Shown piece after piece: positions 5,457 to 14,137 of a stretch of 37,259 bases of DNA. This DNA comes from Spirochaetales bacterium (GTDB lineage Bacteria > Spirochaetota > Spirochaetia > JABEVK01). Each line of letters begins with the position of its first letter. Positions within the stretch are counted from its first letter, which is position 1. The DNA is taken from assembly GCA_037142615.1 (NCBI GenBank), contig JBAXAI010000036.1, positions 1 to 37,259 of the forward strand, given 5' to 3'. A model generated the notes under the pieces. That model was not told the origin of the DNA and did no database searches. It was given only the letters and a program-made list of their open reading frames with translations. A program made the translations under genes and the position numbers.

Positions 5457-7604
5457 ATGGCCGATACCCCTGCCCCCACCCTCGACAACGACCTCCTGTT
5501 GAACACCTACACCGAAGAAGAGAAGACCGAGATCCTCGGCGAGATCGAGTCGGCGGCGTTTTCGGCGCACATGCAGGCGGCCGGGGCCGTCGAAGCGTTT
5601 CACCCGCGCAAACGCGGCATCCTGTTCCCTATCCTGATCAACGCGGCGGCGGTCGTCCTGGTGGTGGTCGGTTGGTTCGGGGCTCAGGCCTACTTCACCA
5701 ACCGGCAAGACACGCTCAAGATCAAAACCAGCCAGCTGTTTGGTACCGAAGGAACTTTGCTGGCCAAGGTTCTGGAAGACTCCAAGGCCCAGCTCGAGGC
5801 CAAGAACGCCGAGATCGGGAGCATTCAGGCCAACCTCGACAAGATGGCGCAAGAAAAGAACAGCTTGGTGGCCAACTTCGACAGCCAACTGAGCGCCAAA
5901 GAGAACGCCCTCAAGGCCGATTTGGCCAAACAGCTCGAGGCGGAAAAGACCCGCCTTCAGGCTTTGGGCATCAGCCAGACCGACATCACGGCCAAGTTGA
6001 ACGAGTTCCAGGCGCAGAAGAACGCTGAGTTCAACGCCCAGCTCGACACCTACAAAAAGACAGCGCAGGCCGAGATCGACCAACGCACCAAAGAAGTGGC
6101 GGTCATGCAGGCCAAGCTGACCAGCACCCAGGCCGAGACCGACAAGCTCAAGGCCGACTACGAAAGCAAGAGCGCCGCCCGCGAAAAAGACCTGCAGGGC
6201 CAGCTCAGCAGTCAGGGCGCCAGCCTCGACAAGCTCACCCGCGAGCGCGAAGAGTTGAACCTGTTCTTCCGCCAAACCGACGCGCAGTACGCCAATGTGC
6301 GCAACGCGCTCGAGAGCGGCGACCTGGCCAAAGCCCAAACGGCCGTGGGGCTGCTCAAGGGCGTGCTGAACACCGGGGCGGCGTCGCCCACCGACGCGGT
6401 GCGCCAGCGTTCGCAGGCCGATCTGCTGTTGGCCAATGCCCTCGACAAAACGGTGAACCAACTGGCCGAAGCCGCCAAGAAACCCGACGCCGATCCGCGT
6501 TTCGAAGCGTTCAAAACGGCCGTGAAGAAGGCCCAAGCTGCCAGTGCCGACGAACGCCCCGCCCTGATGGCCAAAGCGCTCGCCAGCCTGCCCGAAACCG
6601 AGGCCGCGCTGGCTGTGGTGCAGGCGTGGGAAAGCCAAAAGGCCCTCGCGGCATTGAACGACCGTCTGAAAGCTGCCGAAGCGCAGCGGGGGACAGACCT
6701 CGCCCAGAAAGCCGCCGAGCAGGCCCTGCTCAACCAGAACTGGGCCGACGCCGTAGACCAGCGCGAGGAAGACTTGGCCACGCTGCGCGCCCGGGTCGCC
6801 GCCTTGCAAAGTAGTCTGGCAGCCGTGCAGAGCAACCTCGACGCCGAAGACTCGACGCTGGGAGCCACGGTCGCCGGCCTGAGGGACCAACTGGCAATCC
6901 AGAAGGCCAAGCTCGACTCCTTGACCGCCGAAAATGCCCGCTGGACAGCCCTGGTCAATGCCTACCTGCGTACCCGTGACCAGGCACTGGCGTCACTCAC
7001 CGACCCGACACACCCCGACTTCGCCGCCGCCAAAACCCTGTTCCTCAGGCCCTTCGCTACCGACGACGGCAAGCTGTGGTTCCCCGACTACGTGGCCACG
7101 TTCGACAAGCTGGCCGCAGCCCTCACGCCGCCGCCGACCGCCGACAACACGGCCGTGCGCAAGCAGGCCTTCGCCGACGTGCTGTTGTTCACCGACTATA
7201 TGCAGGGCAAAGCCGGCACGGCTGGGTCGCCCAAAGAGGCTCAGACCGCCAGCGAAAAACTGTCCCGGGCCGACGACGCCTACAAAACCGTGGTTGACGC
7301 CATCCAGGGCCTGTTGACCACCGGGGCCAAAGAGACCATTCTGCGAACCGACAAGTTCCGGCTCTTCGGGTCGGTGTTGTCGCGCTCAGGTACCAAGATC
7401 ACCGTCGAACCGCTGACCGCGGCCAGCGCAACCGTGGGCCAACCCATCGAGGTGCGCCGCAGTTCGTCGAAGGGTGAAACGGTGCTGGCGCGCGGCAACG
7501 TCACGGCGGTCGGGGCGAAAAAGACCGAGGCCGATCTGCTCCCTGCCACGGCTCCCCGCACCGAACCGGCTGCGGGCGACACGGTCTACCTGATTTTGAA
7601 CTGA
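5457..7604 (+). CDS. Uncharacterised membrane-anchored long coiled-coil protein with a C-terminal beta domain
   Basis: About 715 aa. One TM (ILFPILINAAAVVLVVVGWFG), then several hundred Ala/Lys/Glu/Gln-rich heptad residues and a beta-rich C-terminus. Host-like codon usage. Confidence 0.85.
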   Translation: MADTPAPTLDNDLLLNTYTEEEKTEILGEIESAAFSAHMQAAGAVEAFHPRKRGILFPILINAAAVVLVVVGWFGAQAYFTNRQDTLKIKTSQLFGTEGTLLAKVLEDSKAQLEAKNAEIGSIQANLDKMAQEKNSLVANFDSQLSAKENALKADLAKQLEAEKTRLQALGISQTDITAKLNEFQAQKNAEFNAQLDTYKKTAQAEIDQRTKEVAVMQAKLTSTQAETDKLKADYESKSAAREKDLQGQLSSQGASLDKLTREREELNLFFRQTDAQYANVRNALESGDLAKAQTAVGLLKGVLNTGAASPTDAVRQRSQADLLLANALDKTVNQLAEAAKKPDADPRFEAFKTAVKKAQAASADERPALMAKALASLPETEAALAVVQAWESQKALAALNDRLKAAEAQRGTDLAQKAAEQALLNQNWADAVDQREEDLATLRARVAALQSSLAAVQSNLDAEDSTLGATVAGLRDQLAIQKAKLDSLTAENARWTALVNAYLRTRDQALASLTDPTHPDFAAAKTLFLRPFATDDGKLWFPDYVATFDKLAAALTPPPTADNTAVRKQAFADVLLFTDYMQGKAGTAGSPKEAQTASEKLSRADDAYKTVVDAIQGLLTTGAKETILRTDKFRLFGSVLSRSGTKITVEPLTAASATVGQPIEVRRSSSKGETVLARGNVTAVGAKKTEADLLPATAPRTEPAAGDTVYLILN

Positions 7605-7623
7605 ACGGAAGAAGAGGTGAGCG

Positions 7624-7887
7624 ATGAACTTTCTGCACTGGAAAATCCCCGCCGGCAAAGGCGACCTGGTCAAGGTGAACAAGGACGTGCCCGCTTTTGT
7701 GCGCCTGCTCGATCCGCTGAACTTTGAAAACTACAAAGTGGGCCGCAAGTACGAAGGCCTTGGCGGTTGGGAAGACAGCCGTGACGTGGAGTTCGACGTG
7801 CCCTACAAGGGCACCTTTCACCTGACGATCGATCTCAACGGCGCTCCGGGTACCGTGAAAGCCACCGTGGACATTTCGCGGCGCTAG
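7624..7887 (+). CDS. DUF1883 domain-containing protein
   Basis: 87 aa. MNFLH..GDLVKV..VRLLDPLNFENYKVGRKY..GG..VPYKGTFHLTIDLNG matches the DUF1883 pattern. GAGGTG RBS. Confidence 0.75.
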   Translation: MNFLHWKIPAGKGDLVKVNKDVPAFVRLLDPLNFENYKVGRKYEGLGGWEDSRDVEFDVPYKGTFHLTIDLNGAPGTVKATVDISRR

Positions 7888-7892
7888 CAACC

Positions 7893-8666
7893 ATGGAAAC
7901 CGTACTCATTTTCGACCTCGACGACACCCTCATCTTGCAGGACAGAATGACCGAAGAAAGCGTCCGTTACTGCACGGTGTTCTTAGGCATCGACCCGCCC
8001 ACCTTTTGGCAGACCTTCCGCAAGACCAGTCAGACCGCGTTTGAGGCCTTGCCGAGTTACGACTATTGCAGCAACGTGGGCATCAGCGCCCAGGAGGGCC
8101 TGTGGGGCGACTTTGGGGGCCTGCACCCGGCGCTCAACCAACTGCGGCAGTCGTTGGCCGAGTACCGCTTTGAGGCGTGGAGCAAGGCCCTCGAGGTGCA
8201 CGGCTTTACCGACGACGCGATGGCGCGTTCGATTGCCGACGACTTTGCGTCGCTGCGCGGACGCCGCTACTACGCGTTTCCCGAGGCCGAAGCGCTGCTC
8301 AAACAACTCAAGAGGCGCTACACGCTGGCGATCCTGACCAACGGTGCCCCCGAACTGCAGTGGAGCAAAGTGCACAAGAGCGGGCTCGAAGCCTACTTCG
8401 ACAGCGTGACGGTGTCGGGCGACTCGAGCATCGGCAAGCCGCGCAAAGAGATCTTCGAGGTGGTGTTCGCCAAGCACCCGACGGCCAAAAGGTTCGTGAT
8501 GATCGGCAACAGCCTGCGCAGCGACATTCAGGGCGCCCGCAACGCCGGGATTCCGTGCGTGTGGTACCAGCAAGGCGACGAACCGCTCAACATCCCCGTC
8601 AGCGCCGACGCGACGATCAGGAACCTTTCCGAGCTCCCTTCGGCTTTGCAGCGGCTCGGGCTGTAA
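7893..8666 (+). CDS. HAD-IA family hydrolase/phosphatase (YsaA/YjjG-like)
   Basis: Motif I FDLDDTL, motif II LTNG, motif III GKP, motif IV MIGNSLRSDIQGA. Confidence 0.9.
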   Translation: METVLIFDLDDTLILQDRMTEESVRYCTVFLGIDPPTFWQTFRKTSQTAFEALPSYDYCSNVGISAQEGLWGDFGGLHPALNQLRQSLAEYRFEAWSKALEVHGFTDDAMARSIADDFASLRGRRYYAFPEAEALLKQLKRRYTLAILTNGAPELQWSKVHKSGLEAYFDSVTVSGDSSIGKPRKEIFEVVFAKHPTAKRFVMIGNSLRSDIQGARNAGIPCVWYQQGDEPLNIPVSADATIRNLSELPSALQRLGL

Positions 8667-9009
8667 CCTCGGCCACCCGGAACTTCACCATGCGCTCTAT
8701 CAAATCCCACGGCAGAGGTTGAGCGAGCGGGAACTGAACCGCGCCCTTGGACCACTTGCGGCCCCCAAACTCGGCCGAGAACGCCGCGATGCCGCTGGAG
8801 GTGGGATAAAACCCCACGTGCTTGGTGAAGGCCCCGAAGTGCACCACGTTTTCGTGCCAATAGAACGTTGCCAGACCGTAGGCGATGCGCTGTTCGGCTC
8901 CCGGGATCCAAGCCGCAAGCCGGCTTTGCAGCTCACGGAGCAGCGGCTGAACCGCCGGATCGCAGGTTTCGATGTACTGGTCGACCAGGTTCCCTGCCAT
9001 CGCGCTCAT
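8617..9009 (-). CDS. DUF1801 / YdhG-like protein (iron-chaperone family)
   Basis: VDQYI..PGAEQRIAYGLATF..VHFGAFTKHVGFYP..SKGAVQFPLAQPLPWDLI. ATG 9009 overlaps the upstream stop (ATGA). Confidence 0.85.
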   Translation of the reverse strand: MSAMAGNLVDQYIETCDPAVQPLLRELQSRLAAWIPGAEQRIAYGLATFYWHENVVHFGAFTKHVGFYPTSSGIAAFSAEFGGRKWSKGAVQFPLAQPLPWDLIERMVKFRVAEVTARAAAKPKGARKGS

Positions 9010-9755
9010 AGGTTGAACGGTTTGAGGAGCTTCTCGACCTCCGAGGTCTGACCCCCAGCGTCTTTGACCTTGATCTTGCCCAGCGTCCAGCCCGTCAACT
9101 TGGCGGGGTCGAGCCCGGCTTTGACCAGCGGCTCGGGGTTGAGCACGAACACGAAGTCTTTGTCGTTCTTGGCGGGGTCTTTGGCCCACTCGACCATGTT
9201 CCCTTCGCCAAGGGCCAACCCATAGTGGTCGAACTGCTCGTGGTAGCCGATTCGGTCGCGGTAGGTGGCCAGAATCTGCTCGAAGGTCTGCAACAGCTGA
9301 CCTTGCACCGTGGCGGCCGACGACGGAATGGCGGTGAACTGCGTGGAACCAACGTCGAAATGGATCATGAACATCCCCTCCTCAACGAGGTACTGAGCCG
9401 TGTCGCTGGCTGGAAGCTTCGACGGGTCCAGACCAGCGGCGATGAAGGGCGCGGCCTCGAACTCGAGCTCAAAGTCGGGGCTTTCCATCTTGGCGACAGG
9501 AGCCTTGCTATCGGCGGCGCCCATCGAGGACATGCCGTTGTCGCGCGCAAAGTCTTTGGCGATAGCGAGTTTGTCACCGGCCGGCGACTCAAGCACGAAG
9601 GCCCCGTCGGCCTCGAGCCAAGTGACCTTGGTGCCGAGCGATTTGGTGAAGGTGTCGAACGAGGCGATGGCGGCCTTTCCGACCACGTCGGTTTCGGCGC
9701 ACGAGAAAAGCGTCAGGGTTAGCGCGGCCAAAGCCGCCGTCAGGGAAGTTTTCAT
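9006..9755 (-). CDS. Uncharacterised lipoprotein in the copper operon
   Basis: 249 aa. Signal peptide with lipobox LTLFS-C; AAGGAG RBS; 26 bp downstream of csoR. Confidence 0.85.
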   Translation of the reverse strand: MKTSLTAALAALTLTLFSCAETDVVGKAAIASFDTFTKSLGTKVTWLEADGAFVLESPAGDKLAIAKDFARDNGMSSMGAADSKAPVAKMESPDFELEFEAAPFIAAGLDPSKLPASDTAQYLVEEGMFMIHFDVGSTQFTAIPSSAATVQGQLLQTFEQILATYRDRIGYHEQFDHYGLALGEGNMVEWAKDPAKNDKDFVFVLNPEPLVKAGLDPAKLTGWTLGKIKVKDAGGQTSEVEKLLKPFNL

Positions 9756-9781
9756 GAGGTCTCCTTTTTACTTGCGCGCGC

Positions 9782-10078
9782 TTATTTGCGCAGGGCCTTG
9801 ATCGTGACCAGCAATTCGTCGACCACCTCGAGCTCACCCGCCTGCAAGCGCTCGACCACGCAGGTGCGCAGGTGGTTCTCGAGCAACTGTTTGCCTACCG
9901 CGTCGAGGGCCGCCTGAATGGCCGACAGCTGATGCAACACGTTGTCGCAGTAGGCGTCTTCTTCGACCATGCGCAGCACGCCGCGCACCTGGCCTTCCAC
10001 CTTTTTGAGGCGGGCCGTCAGGTCGGCCTTGGTCTTGGCTTCGCGGTGGGTGAGCCGATGTTCGTGGTGCGGATCCAC
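9782..10078 (-). CDS. csoR: Copper-sensing repressor CsoR
   Basis: RLKKVEGQVRGV..YCDNVL..ENHLRTC gives the Cys/His/Cys ligand set. Follows copZ. Confidence 0.92.
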   Translation of the reverse strand: MDPHHEHRLTHREAKTKADLTARLKKVEGQVRGVLRMVEEDAYCDNVLHQLSAIQAALDAVGKQLLENHLRTCVVERLQAGELEVVDELLVTIKALRK

Positions 10079-10082
10079 CGGC

Positions 10083-10298
10083 CTACGCCCTCAGAGTCTG
10101 GATGGTGGTGACGTCGTACCCCGCGTCGGTCACGGCGGCCCGCAAGGCGGCGTCTTCGGCCTCGGACTCGAGTTCGGCGCGGGCCTTTTTGAGGTCAACT
10201 TTGACCTTGGTGACGCCGGCAACGCCGGAAAGGGCCTTGGTGACGTGCGCCACGCAGTTGTTGCAAGTCATGCCCTCGATGCTGACGATCTTCTTCAT
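10083..10298 (-). CDS. copZ: Copper chaperone CopZ (HMA domain)
   Basis: 71 aa with GMTCNNC; start overlaps the copA stop. Confidence 0.93.
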   Translation of the reverse strand: MKKIVSIEGMTCNNCVAHVTKALSGVAGVTKVKVDLKKARAELESEAEDAALRAAVTDAGYDVTTIQTLRA

Positions 10299-12583
10299 TC
10301 TGTCCTCCTGGACGGGGAATTGCGCAGAGGCTTGAAGCGCTTGAGGCGCAGGGCGTTCGTGAGAACCGAGACCGAACTGAGCGACATGGCCGCCGCCGCG
10401 ATCACGGGATTGAGAAGCGGGCCACCAAAGAGATACAAAAGGCCACCGGCGATGGGTATGCCGAGCACGTTGTAGCCAAAGGCCCAGAACAGATTCTGGT
10501 GGATGTTGCGAAGGGTGCGTCGGCTCAAGTGCAGCGCCGTGGGCACTTCGAGCAGGTCGCCCTTCATGAGCACAATGTCGGCTGACTCGATGGCCACATC
10601 GGTGCCGGTGCCAATGGCAATGCCGACATCCGCTTGGGCTAACGCGGGGGCGTCGTTGATGCCGTCGCCCACCATGCCGACCTTGCGGCCCTCAGACTGC
10701 AACTTCTTCACCTCGCTGGCTTTATCCTGCGGCAGCACCTCGGCCAACACGCGGGTGATGCCCACCTGCTGAGCAATGGCCAGGGCCGTGGGCCGCGCGT
10801 CGCCGGTCATCATCACCACCTCGAGGCCCATCTTCTGCAGCTCGGCCACGGCCTGTGCACTCGAAGGTTTGACCGTGTCGGCCACGGCGATCACCCCGGC
10901 AAGCTGGCCGTTCACAGCCACGTACATGGGGGTTTTTCCCTGGGCCGCCAGCGCCGCGACAGCGCCTTCCAGACCTTCCAGACCAGTGATTTTCGACTCG
11001 GCCAAGAAGCGCTGGTTGCCCAACCGCACTTCCATGGGCGGGGGACCCCCGGGCTCCGTCAACTTCGCGACAATGCCGTGTCCGGGCGCGGCCTCAAAGG
11101 CTGTCACCGCCGCCAGGATGAGCCCTTCGGCGCGGGCACGGGCCACGATGGCTTCGCCAAGCGGGTGCTCGGAACCGGTTTCGGCGGCGGCGGCCAGCGC
11201 AAGCAACCGGGTGGCGTCGAAACCGGCCGCAGGGAGTACGTCGGTCACTTCCGGCTTGCCCTGGGTGAGGGTTCCCGTCTTGTCGAAGACGATGGTCGTG
11301 AGCTTATGGGCCGTTTCGAGAGCGCTGCCACTCTTGATGAGCACGCCGTTTTCGGCGCCCCGGCCTGTACCCACCATGATGGCCGTCGGCGTCGCCAAGC
11401 CCAAAGCGCAGGGGCAAGCGATCACCAGAATCGCGATGGTGATCGTGAGCGAAAAGGCCGCCGTTTGCCCCGAAAGGTACCACCCGGCCCCGGCCAGCAC
11501 AGCGATCACGAGCACCACTGGCACGAAGACTCCCGAAATCTGGTCGGCCAATTCGGCAATCGGGGCCTTGGAGCCCTGGGCCTCCTCGACCAAGCGGACA
11601 ATTTGAGCCAGGGCAGTGTCTTTGCCCACTTTGGTGGCCCGCAGAACCAGTCGGCCGTTCTTGTTGAGCGTGGCTCCGAACACCGCGTCGCCCGCGGTCT
11701 TTTCGACGGGCAGACTTTCGCCGGTCAGCATGGCTTCGTCGACGGCGCTGGCGCCGTCCAAAACGACACCGTCGACGGGGATTTTTTCGCCGGGGCGCAC
11801 CACCAACGTGTCGCCGACCTCGACGTCGGCGATGTCGATCTCGCGTTCCACGCCGTCTTTGAGCAGCGTCGCCGTTTTGGGAGTAAGCCCGAGGAGCTTC
11901 TTGATCGACTGTGAGGTACGCCCTTTGGTGACGGCCTCGAGGGCCTTGCCGAGCAGAATCAGCGTGATGATGACGCCGGCAGACTCAAAGTACAGGTCAT
12001 TGACCATCCGGAAGTCGCCGAGCGCGATCTGAACGGTGGCCCAGGCGCTCCACAGCACGGCCGCCGAGGTGCCGAGCGCCACCAGCGAGTCCATGTTGGG
12101 GCTCAGCCGGAACAGCGCCGGAAAACCGATGGCGTAAAACTTGTACCCGGCCCCGAGAACCGGAAGCACGAGCAACAGCTCAAGCAGCGCGTAGCGGAGG
12201 GGATAGTCCATCGGATTCCAAGCGGCGGGAATCGGAAGGCCCAACATGCCACCCATGGCGAAGTACAGCAGGGGAAGGGCGAAAAAGGCGGACAGGCCGA
12301 CCTTGTACCACCACACCAGGATTTCCTTGTCTTTGAGCTTTTGGTGGGCATCGGCCCCGGCGGCCCCGGAGTCGTTGAGCGCCTTGTAGCCGGCGTTGGC
12401 CACGGCGGCTTTGATGTCGCTCAGGCGCACGGCCTCGGGTTCGTAGGTCACCTGAGCCTTTTCGGTGGCGAAGTTCACGGCCACGCTCTGCACCCCGGCC
12501 ACTTTGCCCACCGCCCGTTCGACGGCACGCACGCAGGCCGCGCAGGTCATGCCTTGGATCTCCAAGGTTTCGACTTTGGTCAT
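10295..12583 (-). CDS. copA: Cu(I)-translocating P1B-type ATPase
   Basis: N-terminal GMTCAAC, then [33 protein letters not shown] and MSLSS motifs. Confidence 0.97.
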   Translation of the reverse strand: MTKVETLEIQGMTCAACVRAVERAVGKVAGVQSVAVNFATEKAQVTYEPEAVRLSDIKAAVANAGYKALNDSGAAGADAHQKLKDKEILVWWYKVGLSAFFALPLLYFAMGGMLGLPIPAAWNPMDYPLRYALLELLLVLPVLGAGYKFYAIGFPALFRLSPNMDSLVALGTSAAVLWSAWATVQIALGDFRMVNDLYFESAGVIITLILLGKALEAVTKGRTSQSIKKLLGLTPKTATLLKDGVEREIDIADVEVGDTLVVRPGEKIPVDGVVLDGASAVDEAMLTGESLPVEKTAGDAVFGATLNKNGRLVLRATKVGKDTALAQIVRLVEEAQGSKAPIAELADQISGVFVPVVLVIAVLAGAGWYLSGQTAAFSLTITIAILVIACPCALGLATPTAIMVGTGRGAENGVLIKSGSALETAHKLTTIVFDKTGTLTQGKPEVTDVLPAAGFDATRLLALAAAAETGSEHPLGEAIVARARAEGLILAAVTAFEAAPGHGIVAKLTEPGGPPPMEVRLGNQRFLAESKITGLEGLEGAVAALAAQGKTPMYVAVNGQLAGVIAVADTVKPSSAQAVAELQKMGLEVVMMTGDARPTALAIAQQVGITRVLAEVLPQDKASEVKKLQSEGRKVGMVGDGINDAPALAQADVGIAIGTGTDVAIESADIVLMKGDLLEVPTALHLSRRTLRNIHQNLFWAFGYNVLGIPIAGGLLYLFGGPLLNPVIAAAAMSLSSVSVLTNALRLKRFKPLRNSPSRRTE

Positions 12584-12601
12584 ACCCTACCCCCGTAGGG
12601 T
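12584..12601. promoter_or_regulatory. CsoR operator
   Basis: ACCCTAC-CCCC-GTAGGGT, a perfect 7-bp inverted repeat around a C/G tract directly abutting the copA ATG. This is the typical architecture of CsoR sites. Confidence 0.85.
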
Positions 12602-12605
12602 TACA

Positions 12606-12634
12606 ATGTTAGCATCGATTCACTTAGAAGGCAA
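12606..12634 (-). promoter_or_regulatory. copA-copZ-csoR promoter
   Basis: TTGCCT (12634-12629), 17 bp, TAACAT (12611-12606) preceded by TGc. The predicted TSS falls inside the operator. Confidence 0.65.
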
Positions 12635-13643
12635 GCAGGGGACGCATCACCCGGGTGAGAACCAGCACGCTCTGCAGTTGAAACAGGCCGAGCCCGAGCA
12701 CGACCACCCCGCTGGCGGCCAGCAAGACGGCCCGCGAACGCCCCTCCAGGCCGGTCTTCAGGGCGACGCTCAGCAGGAGCAACACGGGCAGCGTCCCCAG
12801 GGCAAACGCCAGCATCAGCAGGCCACCGTTCCAAAACCCACCTGCCGCCAGCGCCTGAAACTGCACCGTCTGGGTAAACCCGCAAGGAAGGAAGAACGTG
12901 CCCAGACCCAGCAACGCGCCCCCTCCGACGGTGCCCACCTGGGCCAGACGGTTGGAAAGGCCGGTGACCTTCTTGCCCGAGCGACCCGGGAGCCAGGCCA
13001 GCAGGTCGAGCCCCAGCAGGCTGAGACCCAAACCGATCATCGTCGCCGCCGCCAAAGCAAACAGCACCGTAAAAACCACCGGATCGAGCGCGAGCGCCTC
13101 ACCCAATTGGCCCAGAACACCGCCGAGCACAAAAAACGTCGCCAGGCGCACCCCATGAAAGGCGGTGAGCGCGGCAGGAAGAGCCTGCGAGTTCCGCTGG
13201 CCGACCGACGCTGTGAACGTCATCAGCAGGCCGCCAACCAGCGCGAAACAGCTCGATACCGAGGCCAGCAACCCCAGCAGAAAACTGCCCGGGAGTTCCA
13301 ACGTGTCGGGTGAAAACAGGGTAACCAGACCCGACGCCTGCAGCAACCCGAACAGCACCAAAAAAGCCGCGCCGGCACCCATGCCCCACCACTGCTCGCG
13401 GCTGATGGGAGCACGTTTGGCGTTTTCGGGGGTCAACTGGTAGCCGTGGGGCGCCAAGACGGCGTTCCAACGTTCCTGCAAAGCGCTCGGATCTTCGGGC
13501 GCTATCAGTCGGGCGCGCACCCGGGTATCACGGCGGGTGGTGGTAACTTGGGCGACGTTGGGGTCGCCGGCCACCAGTTCGTCGATGAGCGACTCGCAGG
13601 CGGGACAATGCATGCCGCGCACGCAAAAAGTGACGTCGCTCAT
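12624..13643 (-). CDS. HMA-domain + TauE/SafE (DsbD_2)-like membrane protein
   Basis: N-terminal GMHCPAC; membrane Cys motifs SVSSCFALVGG and FFLPCGFTQ; FALGTLP. Start at ATG 13643 overlaps the upstream stop. Confidence 0.85.
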   Translation of the reverse strand: MSDVTFCVRGMHCPACESLIDELVAGDPNVAQVTTTRRDTRVRARLIAPEDPSALQERWNAVLAPHGYQLTPENAKRAPISREQWWGMGAGAAFLVLFGLLQASGLVTLFSPDTLELPGSFLLGLLASVSSCFALVGGLLMTFTASVGQRNSQALPAALTAFHGVRLATFFVLGGVLGQLGEALALDPVVFTVLFALAAATMIGLGLSLLGLDLLAWLPGRSGKKVTGLSNRLAQVGTVGGGALLGLGTFFLPCGFTQTVQFQALAAGGFWNGGLLMLAFALGTLPVLLLLSVALKTGLEGRSRAVLLAASGVVVLGLGLFQLQSVLVLTRVMRPLLAF

Positions 13644-14053
13644 TCGGTGAAGGCGATCTCGAAGGTGTACATGCCCATGCCGCACACGCCGAAAAGCACC
13701 TGGCCCTTCTTCTGCGCCGGGATGGCAAACTCTTTGTAGCCCGAAGGCGGCAACACGACTTGCACCTTGTACTCAGGCAGTTGAAACACCCGTGAACAGT
13801 CGGCGGTCTTGTTGGTGTACACACGGAGCACCGACTTGACGCCCGCCTTGGCCGACATTTTGAGCGGAAAGTAGCCGCCCTTGGCCAGAACCACCAGGTT
13901 CTGGGTGCCATCGGTGTCGAAGCCGGACTTCAGCTCGACACCGTCTTTGGTCCAGTTCGAAGCTAGCTTTTGGGCGGCCGCCTCGACACGATTCTCCGCG
14001 AAGCCGAGGAGCGGCAACAAGAAAAGAAAACCAAGGACGAGATGCTTTTTCAT
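13640..14053 (-). CDS. Exported cupredoxin-domain protein (CupA/EfeO-type)
   Basis: 137 aa. Signal peptide; GGYFP..KAGV..DCSR..FGVCGMGMY, where CxMxM is a copper-binding motif. Confidence 0.85.
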   Translation of the reverse strand: MKKHLVLGFLFLLPLLGFAENRVEAAAQKLASNWTKDGVELKSGFDTDGTQNLVVLAKGGYFPLKMSAKAGVKSVLRVYTNKTADCSRVFQLPEYKVQVVLPPSGYKEFAIPAQKKGQVLFGVCGMGMYTFEIAFTE

Positions 14054-14137
14054 CGGGTAACCCTCAAGGGCGACATTAGCACAAAGTGACTAGTAATTCT
14101 TCCCGCACCCGCTAGACTAAAGGGAAAAGGTTGCTCT

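Noticed and set aside
3560-6890. Long ORFs 3560-6028 (+, 822 aa) and 5142-6890 (-, 582 aa)
   Set aside because: Antisense or off-frame shadows of the cyclase and coiled-coil genes, expected from GC-rich codon bias; no motifs.
14054-14070. GGGTAACCC / ACCCT-CA-AGGG as a second CsoR operator or an inversion end matching AGGGTTAC at 12597
   Set aside because: Only 8 bp match, it lacks the TAC-G/C tract-GTA architecture, it overlaps the RBS, and no recombinase is nearby.
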